From assembly GCA_965659845.1 (NCBI GenBank), contig CBFHXS010000001.1:12034-76033 (forward strand): 64,000 nucleotides of DNA. Direction: 5' to 3'. Below, piece by piece: positions 19,046 through 31,100 of this stretch; position 1 is the stretch's first letter; the number at the start of each line of letters is the position of its first letter. The DNA comes from Brumimicrobium sp. (lineage in GTDB: Bacteria > Bacteroidota > Bacteroidia > Flavobacteriales_D > Crocinitomicaceae). The notes under the pieces are model-generated. The model saw nothing but the letters and a program-made list of their open reading frames with translations. It was not told the origin of the DNA and ran no database searches. The translations under genes were made by a program, and so were the position numbers.

Positions 19046-20539
19046 TTACTTAACAACAGAAACTCTTTTAGTGATTTCTCCGTTTGAAGTTTTCACTTTA
19101 ACAATATACATTCCTGATTCAAGGCTAGCTACATCAATAGAAACTGATTGCTCTCCAGAAACATGACCAAGCACTTGTGTTGAAACAACCTGACCTAAAC
19201 CGTTTAATAATTCAACAGTTGCATCAGCATCATTTGAAAGTGTAAAGTCTACATTTACATTGTTTGAAGCTGGATTTGGATATACATTCATGTTATTTGC
19301 GAATGTGTTTTCATCTAAACTAGCTCCTTCAGATGATCCGTCAGACTGGAATTTCCCATCTACTGAATTTTCAAAAGCCGTTCCGTCAATATCAACAGCT
19401 GTTGTATTCCCGTCATATGAAGTAATTACTGCTCCAAAACCAGAAACTGATGTTCCTCCGTTATAGATCATCCCATCACCATAAGAATCTTCTAGAATGA
19501 AAGTATAGCAGTCTGCTGAACCTAAGTCGATGAAGTATTCGTGTGTAATTAAAGCATCTGGTCCACCGGCACCGAACTGATCATCAGTTCCTGCTTGATA
19601 AGAACCCGACTCAACTACTGCATTGTTTCCGTCACGAATTTCCCAAGAAGTCTCTCCAGGGTAATAATCAGTTGTAACTTCTAACTTGATAATATTTCCT
19701 GTAGAAGGAGCCTCTGTTATTTGCTGTGAAAGTGTATTGTTAGAAACATTATCATCAGTATCATCTATCTCAATAGAATAAGTAGTGTTTCCCGTTGGAG
19801 TCACAGATCCAACAACAACATTTGCTACTTCATATGGAGCAAGATTACCTGTCCAGTTAGTAGTAGCAACCTGAGTACCACCATCATATGCAGAGATAGT
19901 TGCAGATGTCAAGTTTGATGTTCCATAGTTTTGTAGAAGAACCTCTAATTGAACATCATCACAAGTTGAAGTTTCACCTAAGTAAGAAAGCAATTGACCA
20001 TCATTCGCATCAGTCGCAGCAGCTCCACAAGCTTGCGCTGCTGTATAATGCTGAGCTGTAGATATCTGACCCACTTCAGTAACTGTTCTGTCTGGGCAAA
20101 TTAAAATGATAGTTGGATAATACGCTTGATTGATTATACCCGCGACATTATCGTCATTTGCTAAAGGATAAGAAATACCAACAGTCCAATCACCTTCTCC
20201 AGTGTTCGGGTCAGAAATATTTGCTTCCGCTTCTCCAGGATCAGACTCCACTCCAAAAACCATCAACTCATCCGTTCCATCAGGACCGTATGCAGTATAT
20301 AAATCTTCTAGGGCGTGACCTTGGTGATATGTCCAACATGGAGGACACCAGTCAGCAAACGCATCAAGTACAACAGGCTTTCCTGCATCCAATATCGCAT
20401 CGATGTCGTGCTGAACCCCATCAATATCTGTCAACACTACTCCTGATGGCCATATACCATTGTCGGGAATTTGAGCTTGGGCATTGAACCCAAACGTTAT
20501 AGCAACTGTTGCTGCTACTGTTCGTAAAATTTGTTTCAT
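19046..20539 (-). CDS. T9SS-secreted protein with N-terminal thioredoxin-like CxxC domain, Ig-like domains and type A CTD
   Basis: Signal peptide AQA-Q, FADWCPPCW, YYPT cis-Pro loop, CTD VYPNPAS...GMYIVKV...KRVSVVK. TAGGTTTG element at 20568-20575. Confidence 0.88.
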   Translation of the reverse strand: MKQILRTVAATVAITFGFNAQAQIPDNGIWPSGVVLTDIDGVQHDIDAILDAGKPVVLDAFADWCPPCWTYHQGHALEDLYTAYGPDGTDELMVFGVESDPGEAEANISDPNTGEGDWTVGISYPLANDDNVAGIINQAYYPTIILICPDRTVTEVGQISTAQHYTAAQACGAAATDANDGQLLSYLGETSTCDDVQLEVLLQNYGTSNLTSATISAYDGGTQVATTNWTGNLAPYEVANVVVGSVTPTGNTTYSIEIDDTDDNVSNNTLSQQITEAPSTGNIIKLEVTTDYYPGETSWEIRDGNNAVVESGSYQAGTDDQFGAGGPDALITHEYFIDLGSADCYTFILEDSYGDGMIYNGGTSVSGFGAVITSYDGNTTAVDIDGTAFENSVDGKFQSDGSSEGASLDENTFANNMNVYPNPASNNVNVDFTLSNDADATVELLNGLGQVVSTQVLGHVSGEQSVSIDVASLESGMYIVKVKTSNGEITKRVSVVK

Positions 20540-20727
20540 CTTTATTGAGTTTTAAGATTATTTAATCCAAACCTAAGTCGAATTTTACAAAGAATTAAAT
20601 TATTCGAGTATATAAAACGGTTTAAAATTGAAATCCTAAAAACCTACTTCTCACCAACAGCTCAAACAAATTCTGCTAATGGTTTAAAAATCACTATATT
20701 TATTTAGTAATTCAAAACTTTCAAACT

Positions 20728-21462
20728 ATGATAAAATTTGTATTCTCATTTTTAGCTTTACTTTCTTTAAGTTTTTCATTCGCTCAAGGAGGTGTTAAAA
20801 TTGTTCATGTTTCTGATCTAAATACTGACATCAGTGGTACTGAAGTTGAGGCAGTAGGAGACCCCAGTGATACTCGAATATACTATGACATGCGGGTTAT
20901 CAACTTAACTGGATCAACCATAGACATCCGCTATCAGCGTCAGCGATTAGCCGACTCTAATAGAGACGATGAAATCTGTGATGAAAATCTATGTTATTCT
21001 GCAGCTGATGCTCAGTGGTACCAAACGCCTGCTGTGATTTCTGTTGATCATGAAGACACTACATTACTTAAACCTCAAATTGATCCAAACGCTGAAGAAA
21101 GTTGTGGAATACACGTGTATTATGTTGTAGAAAACGGAACTGTTTTAGATTCTGTTACCATAACTTTTAGAACCACAAACTCAAGCTGCTTTTTAAGTTT
21201 GGAAGAGGAAGAGGCAAATAACAACGATTTCAATATGTATCCAAACCCGTCGAAAAACAACCTAAAGATTGAAAAGCTAAGAGCATCTGACGAAGCTATT
21301 TTGGTTTTTGATGCTTTAGGAAAACAAGTTTTGACATCAAAAATCAATTCTACCTCAAAGGACTTGAAATTAAATACACTTAACAGTGGGATATATTTTG
21401 TTCGAATTCTTAATGAGAACGGAACAATGAGCGAACCTAAGAAGTTAGTAGTGCGCAAATAA
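20728..21462 (+). CDS. Small T9SS type A CTD protein with a Cys-containing Ig-like domain
   Basis: Signal peptide SFA-Q, ICDENLCY, CTD MYPNPSK...SGIYFVRI...KKLVVRK. Confidence 0.88.
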   Translation: MIKFVFSFLALLSLSFSFAQGGVKIVHVSDLNTDISGTEVEAVGDPSDTRIYYDMRVINLTGSTIDIRYQRQRLADSNRDDEICDENLCYSAADAQWYQTPAVISVDHEDTTLLKPQIDPNAEESCGIHVYYVVENGTVLDSVTITFRTTNSSCFLSLEEEEANNNDFNMYPNPSKNNLKIEKLRASDEAILVFDALGKQVLTSKINSTSKDLKLNTLNSGIYFVRILNENGTMSEPKKLVVRK

Positions 21463-21501
21463 TATTCGAAAAAATAGATTTGTTTTCTGTGCCCTCAGTT
21501 T

Positions 21502-22206
21502 TTAACTGGGGGTATTTTTATTTAACATGATTTCTTTGAACTGTTTTAACCCTTTTGTTGCGGACGCTGAAAACACAGTAAAGCTCTCAGAAACTTCAAC
21601 CCTATTAGGGTCGATAAGAAACTTATCAGCATGAGCAGGAACATAATTTAGAAGTCCGGCAGCAGGATAGACATTTAATGAGGTTCCAACTACAACAAAT
21701 ATGTCAGCTTCCTCAACAGCTTCGGCTCCCTTTTCTAGCATTGGAACAGCCTCACCAAACCATACAACATGTGGTCTCAACTGATAACCTGCTGGACATT
21801 TATCTCCCATCTTGACCTCCCAGCTCTTTTGATCGTAATATTCTGATTCGCTATCTGGTCCCGAGCTTTTAACCTTATCAATTTCTCCATGAAGATGGAT
21901 CACATTACTACTACCTGCGCGTTCATGAAGGTTATCAATATTTTGTGTTACAATAATAACATTGTAGTATTTTTCAAGCTCCGCTATAACCAAATGACCA
22001 TCATTAGGTCTCGCCTCAAAACATTGCTTTCGCCTTATATTATAAAACTCCGTGACCCTTTCTGAATCCTTTAACCACGCCTCAGGTGTTGCTACATCTT
22101 CAATCCTGTGCTTATCCCACAGTCCTCCGCCGTCTCTGAAAGTTCCTAGCCCGGACTCGGCGCTCATACCAGCTCCGCTCAATATCACAATGGTTTTTTT
22201 ACTCAT
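21502..22206 (-). CDS. cobB: NAD-dependent protein deacylase (class III sirtuin)
   Basis: GAGMSAESG..TFRD, FYNIRR (YxxR), TQNIDNLHERAG, HLHG, LRPHVVWFGE, GTSLNVYPAA. Confidence 0.95.
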   Translation of the reverse strand: MSKKTIVILSGAGMSAESGLGTFRDGGGLWDKHRIEDVATPEAWLKDSERVTEFYNIRRKQCFEARPNDGHLVIAELEKYYNVIIVTQNIDNLHERAGSSNVIHLHGEIDKVKSSGPDSESEYYDQKSWEVKMGDKCPAGYQLRPHVVWFGEAVPMLEKGAEAVEEADIFVVVGTSLNVYPAAGLLNYVPAHADKFLIDPNRVEVSESFTVFSASATKGLKQFKEIMLNKNTPS

Positions 22207-22289
22207 CTCCTTCTATGCTATGTTTGTTCTTTCTTTGTGAGCTATTTTATTAATTTTACGCTCTTGCATTAGAAAATTAAGATACGGAT

Positions 22290-24554
22290 ATGGCTAAGAT
22301 AAGAAAACAAGATGCTCTGGACTATCACTCTCAAGGAAAACCAGGGAAAATAGAGGTAATACCTACAAAACCTTACAGCTCTCAAAGAGATCTTTCATTG
22401 GCATACTCACCAGGTGTAGCAGAACCTTGCTTACACATTGCTGAAAACCCAGAAGATGTATACAAGTATACGAGCAAAGCAAATCTAGTTGCCGTAATAT
22501 CAAATGGAACTGCTGTTTTAGGCCTCGGAGATATTGGTCCTGCTGCTTCTAAGCCTGTAATGGAGGGAAAAGGTGTCCTTTTTAAAATTTTTGCAGATAT
22601 TGATGTATTTGATATTGAGGTGGACGCCAATGATCCAGAAAAATTTATTCAGACAGTAAAAGCTATCGCTCCGACTTTTGGAGGAATAAACTTAGAAGAC
22701 ATTAAAGCTCCCGAAGCCTTTGAGATTGAAGAACGTTTAAAAGAAGAGCTTGACATCCCTGTAATGCATGACGATCAACATGGAACAGCGATTATATCTT
22801 CTGCGGCTTTATTAAACGCTCTAGAGCTCGCTGAAAAAGACATTAAGAAAGTTAAGATTGTTATATCGGGAGCGGGTGCGTCAGCTATGAGTTGTGCTAA
22901 GCTCTATTGCTCCTTGGGGGCCAAGCTTGAAAATATATATATGTTTGATAGTAAGGGTTTATTATCAAAAGACCGAGACGGTCTCACTGGAAACAAAGCT
23001 CATTTTGCTGTTCATAAAAAATCAAGTGAACTTGCCGACGAAATGAAAGGAGCAGATGTGTTTATTGGTTTATCTCGTGGTGGTATAGTTTCGAAAGATA
23101 TGATTAAATCAATGGGAGACAACCCAATTGTTTTTGCTCTGGCGAATCCTGAGCCAGAGATAGCATATAAAGACGCTATGGCTTCTAGAGATGATGTCAT
23201 TATGGCCACGGGGCGTTCAGACCATCCCAACCAAGTCAATAATGTTCTTGGTTTTCCCTTTATTTTCAGAGGCGCATTAGATGTAAGAGCGAAATCAATT
23301 AACGAAGAAATGAAGCTTGCTGCTGTTCACGCAATTGCTGAACTCGCTAAGGAGACTGTTCCTGACGAAGTTAGTGAGGCCTATGGTGAAAAGAGTATCA
23401 CATTCGGAAGAGAGCAGTTTATTCCAAAGCCTCTAGATCCTCGTTTAATTTATTACGTTGCACCCGCTGTTGCAAAAGCAGCTATAGAATCAGGAGTAGC
23501 AAGAATGCCGATAAAAGACTGGGGTGCATACGAAGCAGAATTAAAGAAGAGACTTGGTCTTGATAACAAATTGGTTCGAACAATTACCGAAAAGGCTGAA
23601 CGTAACCCAAAGAGAGTTGTATTTGCTGAGGCAGACAATTATAAAGTTTTGAAAGCTGCACAGACGGCATATGAAGAAGGTGTTACGACTCCAATCTTGC
23701 TTGGACGTAAAGAGAAAGTTGAGCAAATGATCGAAGAGTACAGCATGGAGTTTCCAGAAGTTGAGATTTTAGACCCTAAAGCCGATGAAGAAAACGAAAG
23801 AAGAGAGCGATATGCTCAGATTTTCTTTGAAATGAGAAAAAGAAAAGGATTTACTGCATACGAAGCGAAAAAAATTATGCGTGAGCGTAATTACTTTGGT
23901 GCTATGATGGTTCATTCTGGTGATGCTGACGCTATGGTTTCTGGTGCCACTCGAAAATATAGAGACGTTCTTAAACCTGCTCTTCAAGTTGTTGGAACAC
24001 AAAAAGACGTAGACAAGGTGGCCGGTATGTATATCCTTATTACGAAAAAAGGACCCGTATTTCTCGCAGACACCACGGTAAATTTTGAATTAAACGCAGA
24101 AGAAGTGGCCGATTTAGCCAATAACTTAGCTAAAACAATACGGAAGTTTAAAGTAACACCGCGCATTGCACTATTGTCTTATTCAAACTTTGGATCTGCT
24201 ACTGGAAAGGATGCAGATAAAATGGCAAAAGCTGTTAAAATCATACATGAGAAGTATCCAACATTGACAGTAGATGGTGAGGTTCAGGCGAACTTTGCGT
24301 TGAACAATGAAATGATGGAAGATCAGTTCCCTTTCTCTGATTTAGCAAATAAAGAAGTTAATACACTTATTTTCCCGAACCTTTCTTCTGGTAATATTGC
24401 TTATAAACTTCTACAAGAGATGACGGAAGGAGAGGCTATAGGACCTGTACTCGTTGGTTTGAGAAAGTCAATACATGTTCTTCAACTTGGTTCAAGTGTA
24501 AGAGAGATAGTGAATATGGTGAAAGTGGCTGTTGTTGATGCCCAAAACAAATAA
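22290..24554 (+). CDS. maeB: NADP-dependent malic enzyme with C-terminal PTA-like domain
   Basis: [43 protein letters not shown] domain VDGEVQAN. Confidence 0.97.
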   Translation: MAKIRKQDALDYHSQGKPGKIEVIPTKPYSSQRDLSLAYSPGVAEPCLHIAENPEDVYKYTSKANLVAVISNGTAVLGLGDIGPAASKPVMEGKGVLFKIFADIDVFDIEVDANDPEKFIQTVKAIAPTFGGINLEDIKAPEAFEIEERLKEELDIPVMHDDQHGTAIISSAALLNALELAEKDIKKVKIVISGAGASAMSCAKLYCSLGAKLENIYMFDSKGLLSKDRDGLTGNKAHFAVHKKSSELADEMKGADVFIGLSRGGIVSKDMIKSMGDNPIVFALANPEPEIAYKDAMASRDDVIMATGRSDHPNQVNNVLGFPFIFRGALDVRAKSINEEMKLAAVHAIAELAKETVPDEVSEAYGEKSITFGREQFIPKPLDPRLIYYVAPAVAKAAIESGVARMPIKDWGAYEAELKKRLGLDNKLVRTITEKAERNPKRVVFAEADNYKVLKAAQTAYEEGVTTPILLGRKEKVEQMIEEYSMEFPEVEILDPKADEENERRERYAQIFFEMRKRKGFTAYEAKKIMRERNYFGAMMVHSGDADAMVSGATRKYRDVLKPALQVVGTQKDVDKVAGMYILITKKGPVFLADTTVNFELNAEEVADLANNLAKTIRKFKVTPRIALLSYSNFGSATGKDADKMAKAVKIIHEKYPTLTVDGEVQANFALNNEMMEDQFPFSDLANKEVNTLIFPNLSSGNIAYKLLQEMTEGEAIGPVLVGLRKSIHVLQLGSSVREIVNMVKVAVVDAQNK

Positions 24555-24556
24555 TT

Positions 24557-25132
24557 ATGATTACACATCTTAACGGTAGAATGATCGAAAAATCTCCGAC
24601 TAATGTCATTGTGGAGTGCGGAGGAATCGGTTATGAGGTTAAAATATCTTTGAATACATTTTCAGCCCTTGGAAGTAACGAGAGTATCAAGATTTATACT
24701 CAATTTGTAGTTAGAGAAGATGCTCAGGTTTTATATGGGTTTTCTGATCAAGAAGAAAGAGATATGTTCAATTTCTTAGTGTCTGTATCAGGGATTGGCC
24801 CAAGTACAGCAATTATTATGCTCTCTGGTTTAACACCTGGAGAGATAGCACACGCCATAACTTCGGAAGATGTAGCAACAATACAAGGTGTTAAGGGTAT
24901 TGGGGCCAAAACAGCACAACGCGTTATAGTTGACCTTAAGGATAAAATGTTAAAATTCGAGGTGTCGGATGATAATCTTAGTAATTCAAACAATACTCTT
25001 CGCTTTGATGCGTTAACTGCATTGGTCTCATTAGGTTTTGATAAAAAGCAAGCCGATAAGGCCTTGAATAAAGTGTTGAGTGAGCAAGAGACTGTTGAGC
25101 TTTTAATTAAAGATGCACTTAAGGTATTATAA
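24557..25132 (+). CDS. ruvA: Holliday junction branch migration protein RuvA
   Basis: VREDAQVLYGF, VSGIGP, KGIGAKTAQR, ALVSLGF. Confidence 0.97.
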   Translation: MITHLNGRMIEKSPTNVIVECGGIGYEVKISLNTFSALGSNESIKIYTQFVVREDAQVLYGFSDQEERDMFNFLVSVSGIGPSTAIIMLSGLTPGEIAHAITSEDVATIQGVKGIGAKTAQRVIVDLKDKMLKFEVSDDNLSNSNNTLRFDALTALVSLGFDKKQADKALNKVLSEQETVELLIKDALKVL

Positions 25133-25144
25133 ATTGTTGTTGAT

Positions 25145-28100
25145 TTGAAAGAAGTATTGATATATAGAAGATTAGCTTTCTGCTTAACGGCTCTTTTGTT
25201 GCTGATTTCATCAGTTGCGATTGGGCAGGAGGATCCCGACTCTATTGATCTTCAGTTTCCTATAAACAACCCTTATGATCCAACTGGAAACACGGAGCAA
25301 AGTTTCGATTTAGGAGACCCCTCAAATGTAAAAAAGACAATCGTCTACGATCCTAGAACAGGAAAATATATTTTCAAAGAAGTTATGGGTGAGGATTTGA
25401 ATTATAGAACTCCTTCCATGATGACGCTTGAGGAATACATCGAGTATGAACAGCAAAAAGAAATGCAGTCCTACTGGAAAGAAAAAATCGATGCTGACAC
25501 CAAAGAAGAGCAAGGATTAATTCCACCTATTAAAATCGATAGTCCTGGCTTCGCCAATATTTTTGGGTCTGATGAAATTCAAATTCGACCTGAGGGAAGT
25601 GTCGAGCTGTCTCTAGGGGTCAACTCTGCTCGGTATGACAATCCTATGCTTCCAGAAAACCAGCGTAGAATCACTCGATTTGACTTTCAACAAAGAATAC
25701 AGCTCAACCTTGTTGGACAAATTGGTGACAAAATGAAATTAGGAGCCTCTTACAACACTGAAGCCGCATTCAACTTCGATAATGTTACCAAACTTGAATG
25801 GACTGGAAATGAAGATCAAATTCTCCAAAAAATCGAGGCAGGTAACGTATCAATGCCTTTAGAAACATCTCTTATCGAAGGGTCGCAAACTCTTTTTGGC
25901 GTAAAAACAAGAATGCGTTTTGGTCGATTAACTGTTGACGCCATCGCCTCAACATCAAGGGGACAGAAAAAAGAAATCAATATCAAAGGGGGAGCTCAAG
26001 TTCAAGATTTTGAATTGAAAGCTGATGAGTACGAAATGAACCGTCACTACTTCTTAAACTATTACCACAGAGACCACTATGATGAAGCCATGGAGTCAGT
26101 TCCTTTTGTTAGTTCCCTTGTGAATATAACTCGTATTGAAGTTTGGGTTACAAATCAAACCAATCGTGTAGAAGACACAAGAAATATTGTTGCGTTTACA
26201 GATTTAGGAGAGTCGGACCCGGCTAATTGGTCAGGTAATCCTGGAAACCCTTCCAATAATGAACTTCCTGATAACAGCTCAAACGGTCTTTATGAATATG
26301 CTAGTAATAACCCTAGTATTCGTGGCTTCAATAATGCTGTTGTCGAATTAGAGTCGCAAAATGCAACTCCTGGACCTTTTCAACAAGCTGTAGACTTTGA
26401 AAAAGTGGAAAATGCACGTAAACTCTCTGAACAAGAGTTCTCTTACAACGCACAGTTAGGGTTCATTTCTGTGAACTTACCATTAAACAATGATGAGGTT
26501 TTAGCAATCGCTTATGAATACACATATTCTGGTCGAACATATCAAGTTGGTGAATTTTCTACTGACGGCGTTGTAGGCCAAGACGCTCTGCTCTTAAAGC
26601 TTCTGAAACCAACCATTATCAGCCCAAAAAACCAGCTTTGGGACTTGATGATGAAGAACGTATACTCTATAGGTGCATACCAAGTAAGTCAGGAAGGGTT
26701 TAGACTCGATATTCTTTACAATAACCCCGACAACAGCCTGGATGTAAACTTCCTTCCATACCCAGGAATGGATGATCGACAAGTTATTGATGTTGTGGGA
26801 ATGGATCGATTGAATCAGAATAATCGAGCTCAACAAGACGGTGTCTTTGACTTTAAACCAATTTCTTTCGAGGGAAATATGGCTACAAACGGCGGGACTA
26901 TTAATACCCGTAATGGAAGAATCTACTTCAGTACAATAGAGCCTTTTGGAGAAACAATTAGGCAAGAAATGCTTGCTGCCGGATTGTCAAATCAAATTGT
27001 TGATAATGTGGCTTACGACGAGTTATATGACTCAACAAGAATTGCAGCACAGCAGGTTCCAAAGAAAAACAGATTTTACTTCAACGGTAGGTACGAATCA
27101 TCTGTAAGCGACGAAATCCCCTTGAATGCACTTAACGTTCCTGAAGGATCTGTTGTAGTAACTGCAGGAGGAATTCGTTTACAGGAAGGAACAGACTTTA
27201 CAGTTGATTACAACCTTGGTCGAGTGAAAATATTGAATAGTGCCGTTTTAGAGTCGAATGCAGATATTAAAATCTCAATTGAAAGTAATTCTGTCTTTGG
27301 TTTCCAAAACAAATCTCTAATGGGTACTCACCTAAATTATATGATTAATCCTGACTTCAATGTTGGAGCAACATGGATGAGGATGACAGAACGTCCCATT
27401 ACGCAGAAGGTGGATATAGGGGATGAACCTTTCAAAAACAATATCGTTGGATTTGATTTATCGTACAGAACAGATGTCCCTTTCCTTACGAAGCTCATCA
27501 ATTTAATTCCTACTATTTCAACAAAACAGATGTCAACTTTGACGCTAAACGCTGAAGCGGCTCACTTGATACCTGGTGCTCCACGAGCAATCTCTCGAAA
27601 AGGTATTTCATATGTCGATGATTTCGAAGGAAGCCAGTCTACCATCGATTTGAGAAACTTCTCTTCATGGATGCTAGCATCAATACCACAAGGTCAAGAC
27701 GATCTATTCCCTGAGGCTGATCTTACGAATGATTTGGCTGCAGGCTTTAACCGTTCCCACATGTCTTGGTACACAATTGACCCCTTGTTTTTTCAATCGA
27801 ACTCACTAACACCACAATATATTGCTGAAAACCCAGAGTTTACCGAAGATGTGAATGTTGCTTTAGTCAACAGAGTTGATCTATTTCCAAACTTAAATCC
27901 TGCACTAGGAACCATTACTAATTTACCCGTATTCAATATGACGTACTACCCTAAAGAACGAGGGATGTATAATTATGATACAACGAACACGGTGAATGCT
28001 GATGGTGAGTTTATTAATCCTCAAGAGCGATGGAACGGTATCATGCGTTCTCTTACTACAACGAACTTTGAACAAACGAATGTCGAGTATATCCAGTTCT

Positions 28101-31100
28101 GGATGTTAGATCCGTTTAATGAAGACCAAGAAGAACTTGATCCTAATACAACTCATAGTGGAGGAGATTTGTATTTTAATCTTGGAAACCTTTCGGAAGA
28201 TGTTTTACCCGATTCCAGAAAAAGCTTCGAGAATGGACTGCCAAGTGATTTTAATGATACTGAAAACGTAGACGAAACAAACTGGGCGAGAATATCTACA
28301 GAACAGGTTGTAGTAAATGCTTTTGACAACGACCCTGCCACTCGTTCTGAGCAAGATGTAGGGCTTGATGGTTACAGCGATCAACGAGAAGAAGAAGCTT
28401 ATCAGAACTTTGTAAACTGGGTAAACAACAACGCAACGCTTTCCCAAATAGCGAAAGACCAAATTTTGGAAGATATCTCAGGTGATAACTATAACTATTA
28501 TAGGGATGATCAATATGATGCTGAACAAGTTGATATTATTCGACGATATAAATTTTGGAATGGTCATGACGGAAACTCACCAACACCTGAGACGTCTGCT
28601 AGTATTAACGCGGGTGGATATCCTACTCAAGCCACAAACACTCCAGACATGGAGGATGTTAACAGAGACAACAACTTAAGTGAATCTGAAAGCTATTACC
28701 AATACAGAGTTTCCTTGCGCCCGAACGATATGCAAGTCGGAAAAAACTATATCATCAACACAAGAGAATACAGTAAGGGAACAAAAGAGTTTAAATGGTA
28801 TCAATTTAGAATACCTGTTCGAAGTCCTGATAAGGTTATTAATGGTATTAGTGATTTTAGATCCATACGTTTTATGCGCATGTTCCTAAAATCTTTCGGC
28901 GAAGAAACAACATTAAGATTTGCTAAACTTGAGTTGATCCGTGGTGAATGGCGAAAATTCAGAGAAAGTCTTGCTCAAGCCTCAGATGGACAGCAAGCTG
29001 ATCCTGACCTCACTTCATTCAATATTGGGGCAGTTAACGTAGAAGAACACGATCAAAGAGAACCGATAAATTATGTGATTCCTCCTGGAATTCTTAGAGA
29101 GGTAGACCCTTCACAGGCTTTCCAAAGACAATTGAACGAACAATCGATGACACTTGAGGTTTGCGACCTAAAAGATGGAGACGCAAGAGGTGCAACAAGA
29201 AACGTCGGAATGGATATGGTGATGTATAAAAATCTTGAGATGTTCATACATGCTGAAGAGTTAGAGCCGACTAAGCCTCTTAATGATAATGATGTAACCT
29301 TGTTTGTAAGGCTGGGTACAGACTTTAGAGAAAACTATTATGAGTACGAAGTTCCTTTAAAGGTTACACCATGGGGTGCGTCAAGCGATTTAGAAATATG
29401 GCCAGAAGAAAACAACTTGAGAATCGTTTTTGATGAGCTAATACAACTCAAAAAAGATAGGAATTCCGCCATGGAAACCCCTGGAAGTAATGTAGCTTTT
29501 AATATAGAGTTTGAAAAAGCTGTAGATCACCAGCCCGGTGATTCAGATAATAATAATGTTAATCATCCACAGCGCGTCATCAAAGTAAAAGGAAATCCAA
29601 ATATTACTGAGGTTAAAACCGTTATGATTGGTGTAAGAAACCCATCTCAAAACAAAGCTCACCCTTGGCAGCCAGATGATGGACTAGACAAGTGTATTCA
29701 AGTTTGGGTTAATGAATTAAGGTTGACAGAATTCCAAAATGAAGGAGGTTCTGCTGCATTGGCGAGGGCTCAGATACAAGTTGCTGACTTCGCAAACATT
29801 CAGGTTGCAGGTTCCTACAGTGGTCTAAACTGGGGTAGTATAGATAGTCGAGTTGCTGAACGTCAAAGAGATTCTAGATTGAATTTAGACGTTTCTGCAA
29901 ATGCTCAACTGGGTCAGTTGCTGGGAGATAGAGCAAAGATTGATATACCATTCTTATATACTTATTCAGTGGGAACGATTAATCCACGATTTGACCCTTA
30001 CAATCCAGACGTTGAACTTTCTTCTTACAACGCTGAAGAACGCAGGGAAAGAATGAGAGATGGTCAAGATTTTACGCAGCGACGGTCATTCAACTTTACG
30101 AACGTTAGAAAAGCTAGGAAGCCTGGTGCCAAAAGCCATCTATGGGATATCAGTAACTTAGCCTTTAACTACTCGTATAGTGAAGATTTGCACCGTGATT
30201 TCAGAACAAATTACGACAGAACAACTATTTGGAAGGGGGGTGTAAACTATGTATACAACGGTTCTCCAAAGCTAATTGAACCTTTCAAGAAAGTCAAATT
30301 TATGCGTAAGTCGAATTGGTGGGACTTAATTCGCTCTACGAACTTCTATCTTGGACCAAAAAACTTAAGCATCAAGAACAACTTGATTCGAAACTACAAC
30401 GAGCGTCAAATTCGAAATAACATTCCGAACACTAACTTTGAGTTCCAACCTATTTACATGAAGAATTTTACATGGAATAGGTCCTTTAACTTCAAATATG
30501 ACATAACGCGAAACTTAAAATTTGATATAGCAGGAAATAACACTTCAATAATAGATGAGCCTGAAGGACAGGTAGATAGAAATGAGAGTCCTGAACTTTA
30601 CCAAGAGTACAGAGACTCCGTAAGCAGTCAAATAAGATCGCTTGGGAAAACAATGCGGTATGATCATTCGTATAACATATCGTACAATATCCCATTTGAT
30701 AAAATTCCAGCACTTGATTTTTTAAATTCGAACATTAGATATGGTTCTGCTTACGAGTGGAGTAGACCAAATCTAGGGCTCGAGGCGTTCGGTAATACTA
30801 TACAAAACAGCAGAAATGTGAACTTCACTGCACAAATGAATATGACCAATCTTTACCGAAAGTCTGAACTATTGCAGAAGATAATAAATGACGGTAGAGG
30901 TGGTCGAAGAGCAGGAAGAAGATCGGTTAGAGGAAGAGTTCAAGGACGTGGCGGAAATAAAAAAGGAAACACAAAAAACGACAGTCACTTAGCTAAAAAA
31001 GTAAAAGAATTAGAAGAAAAGAAAGCTAAGCTGGAAGCAGTTGATGTGGAGAAGTTGAGCCCTGAAGAACTCGAAGAACATGAGAAGGAGTTGGCCAAAG

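Noticed and set aside
21780-21890. Sirtuin lacking the full four-Cys zinc site
   Set aside because: Catalytic motifs intact, and a reduced zinc site is to my knowledge usual in Bacteroidota CobB; not a pseudogene.
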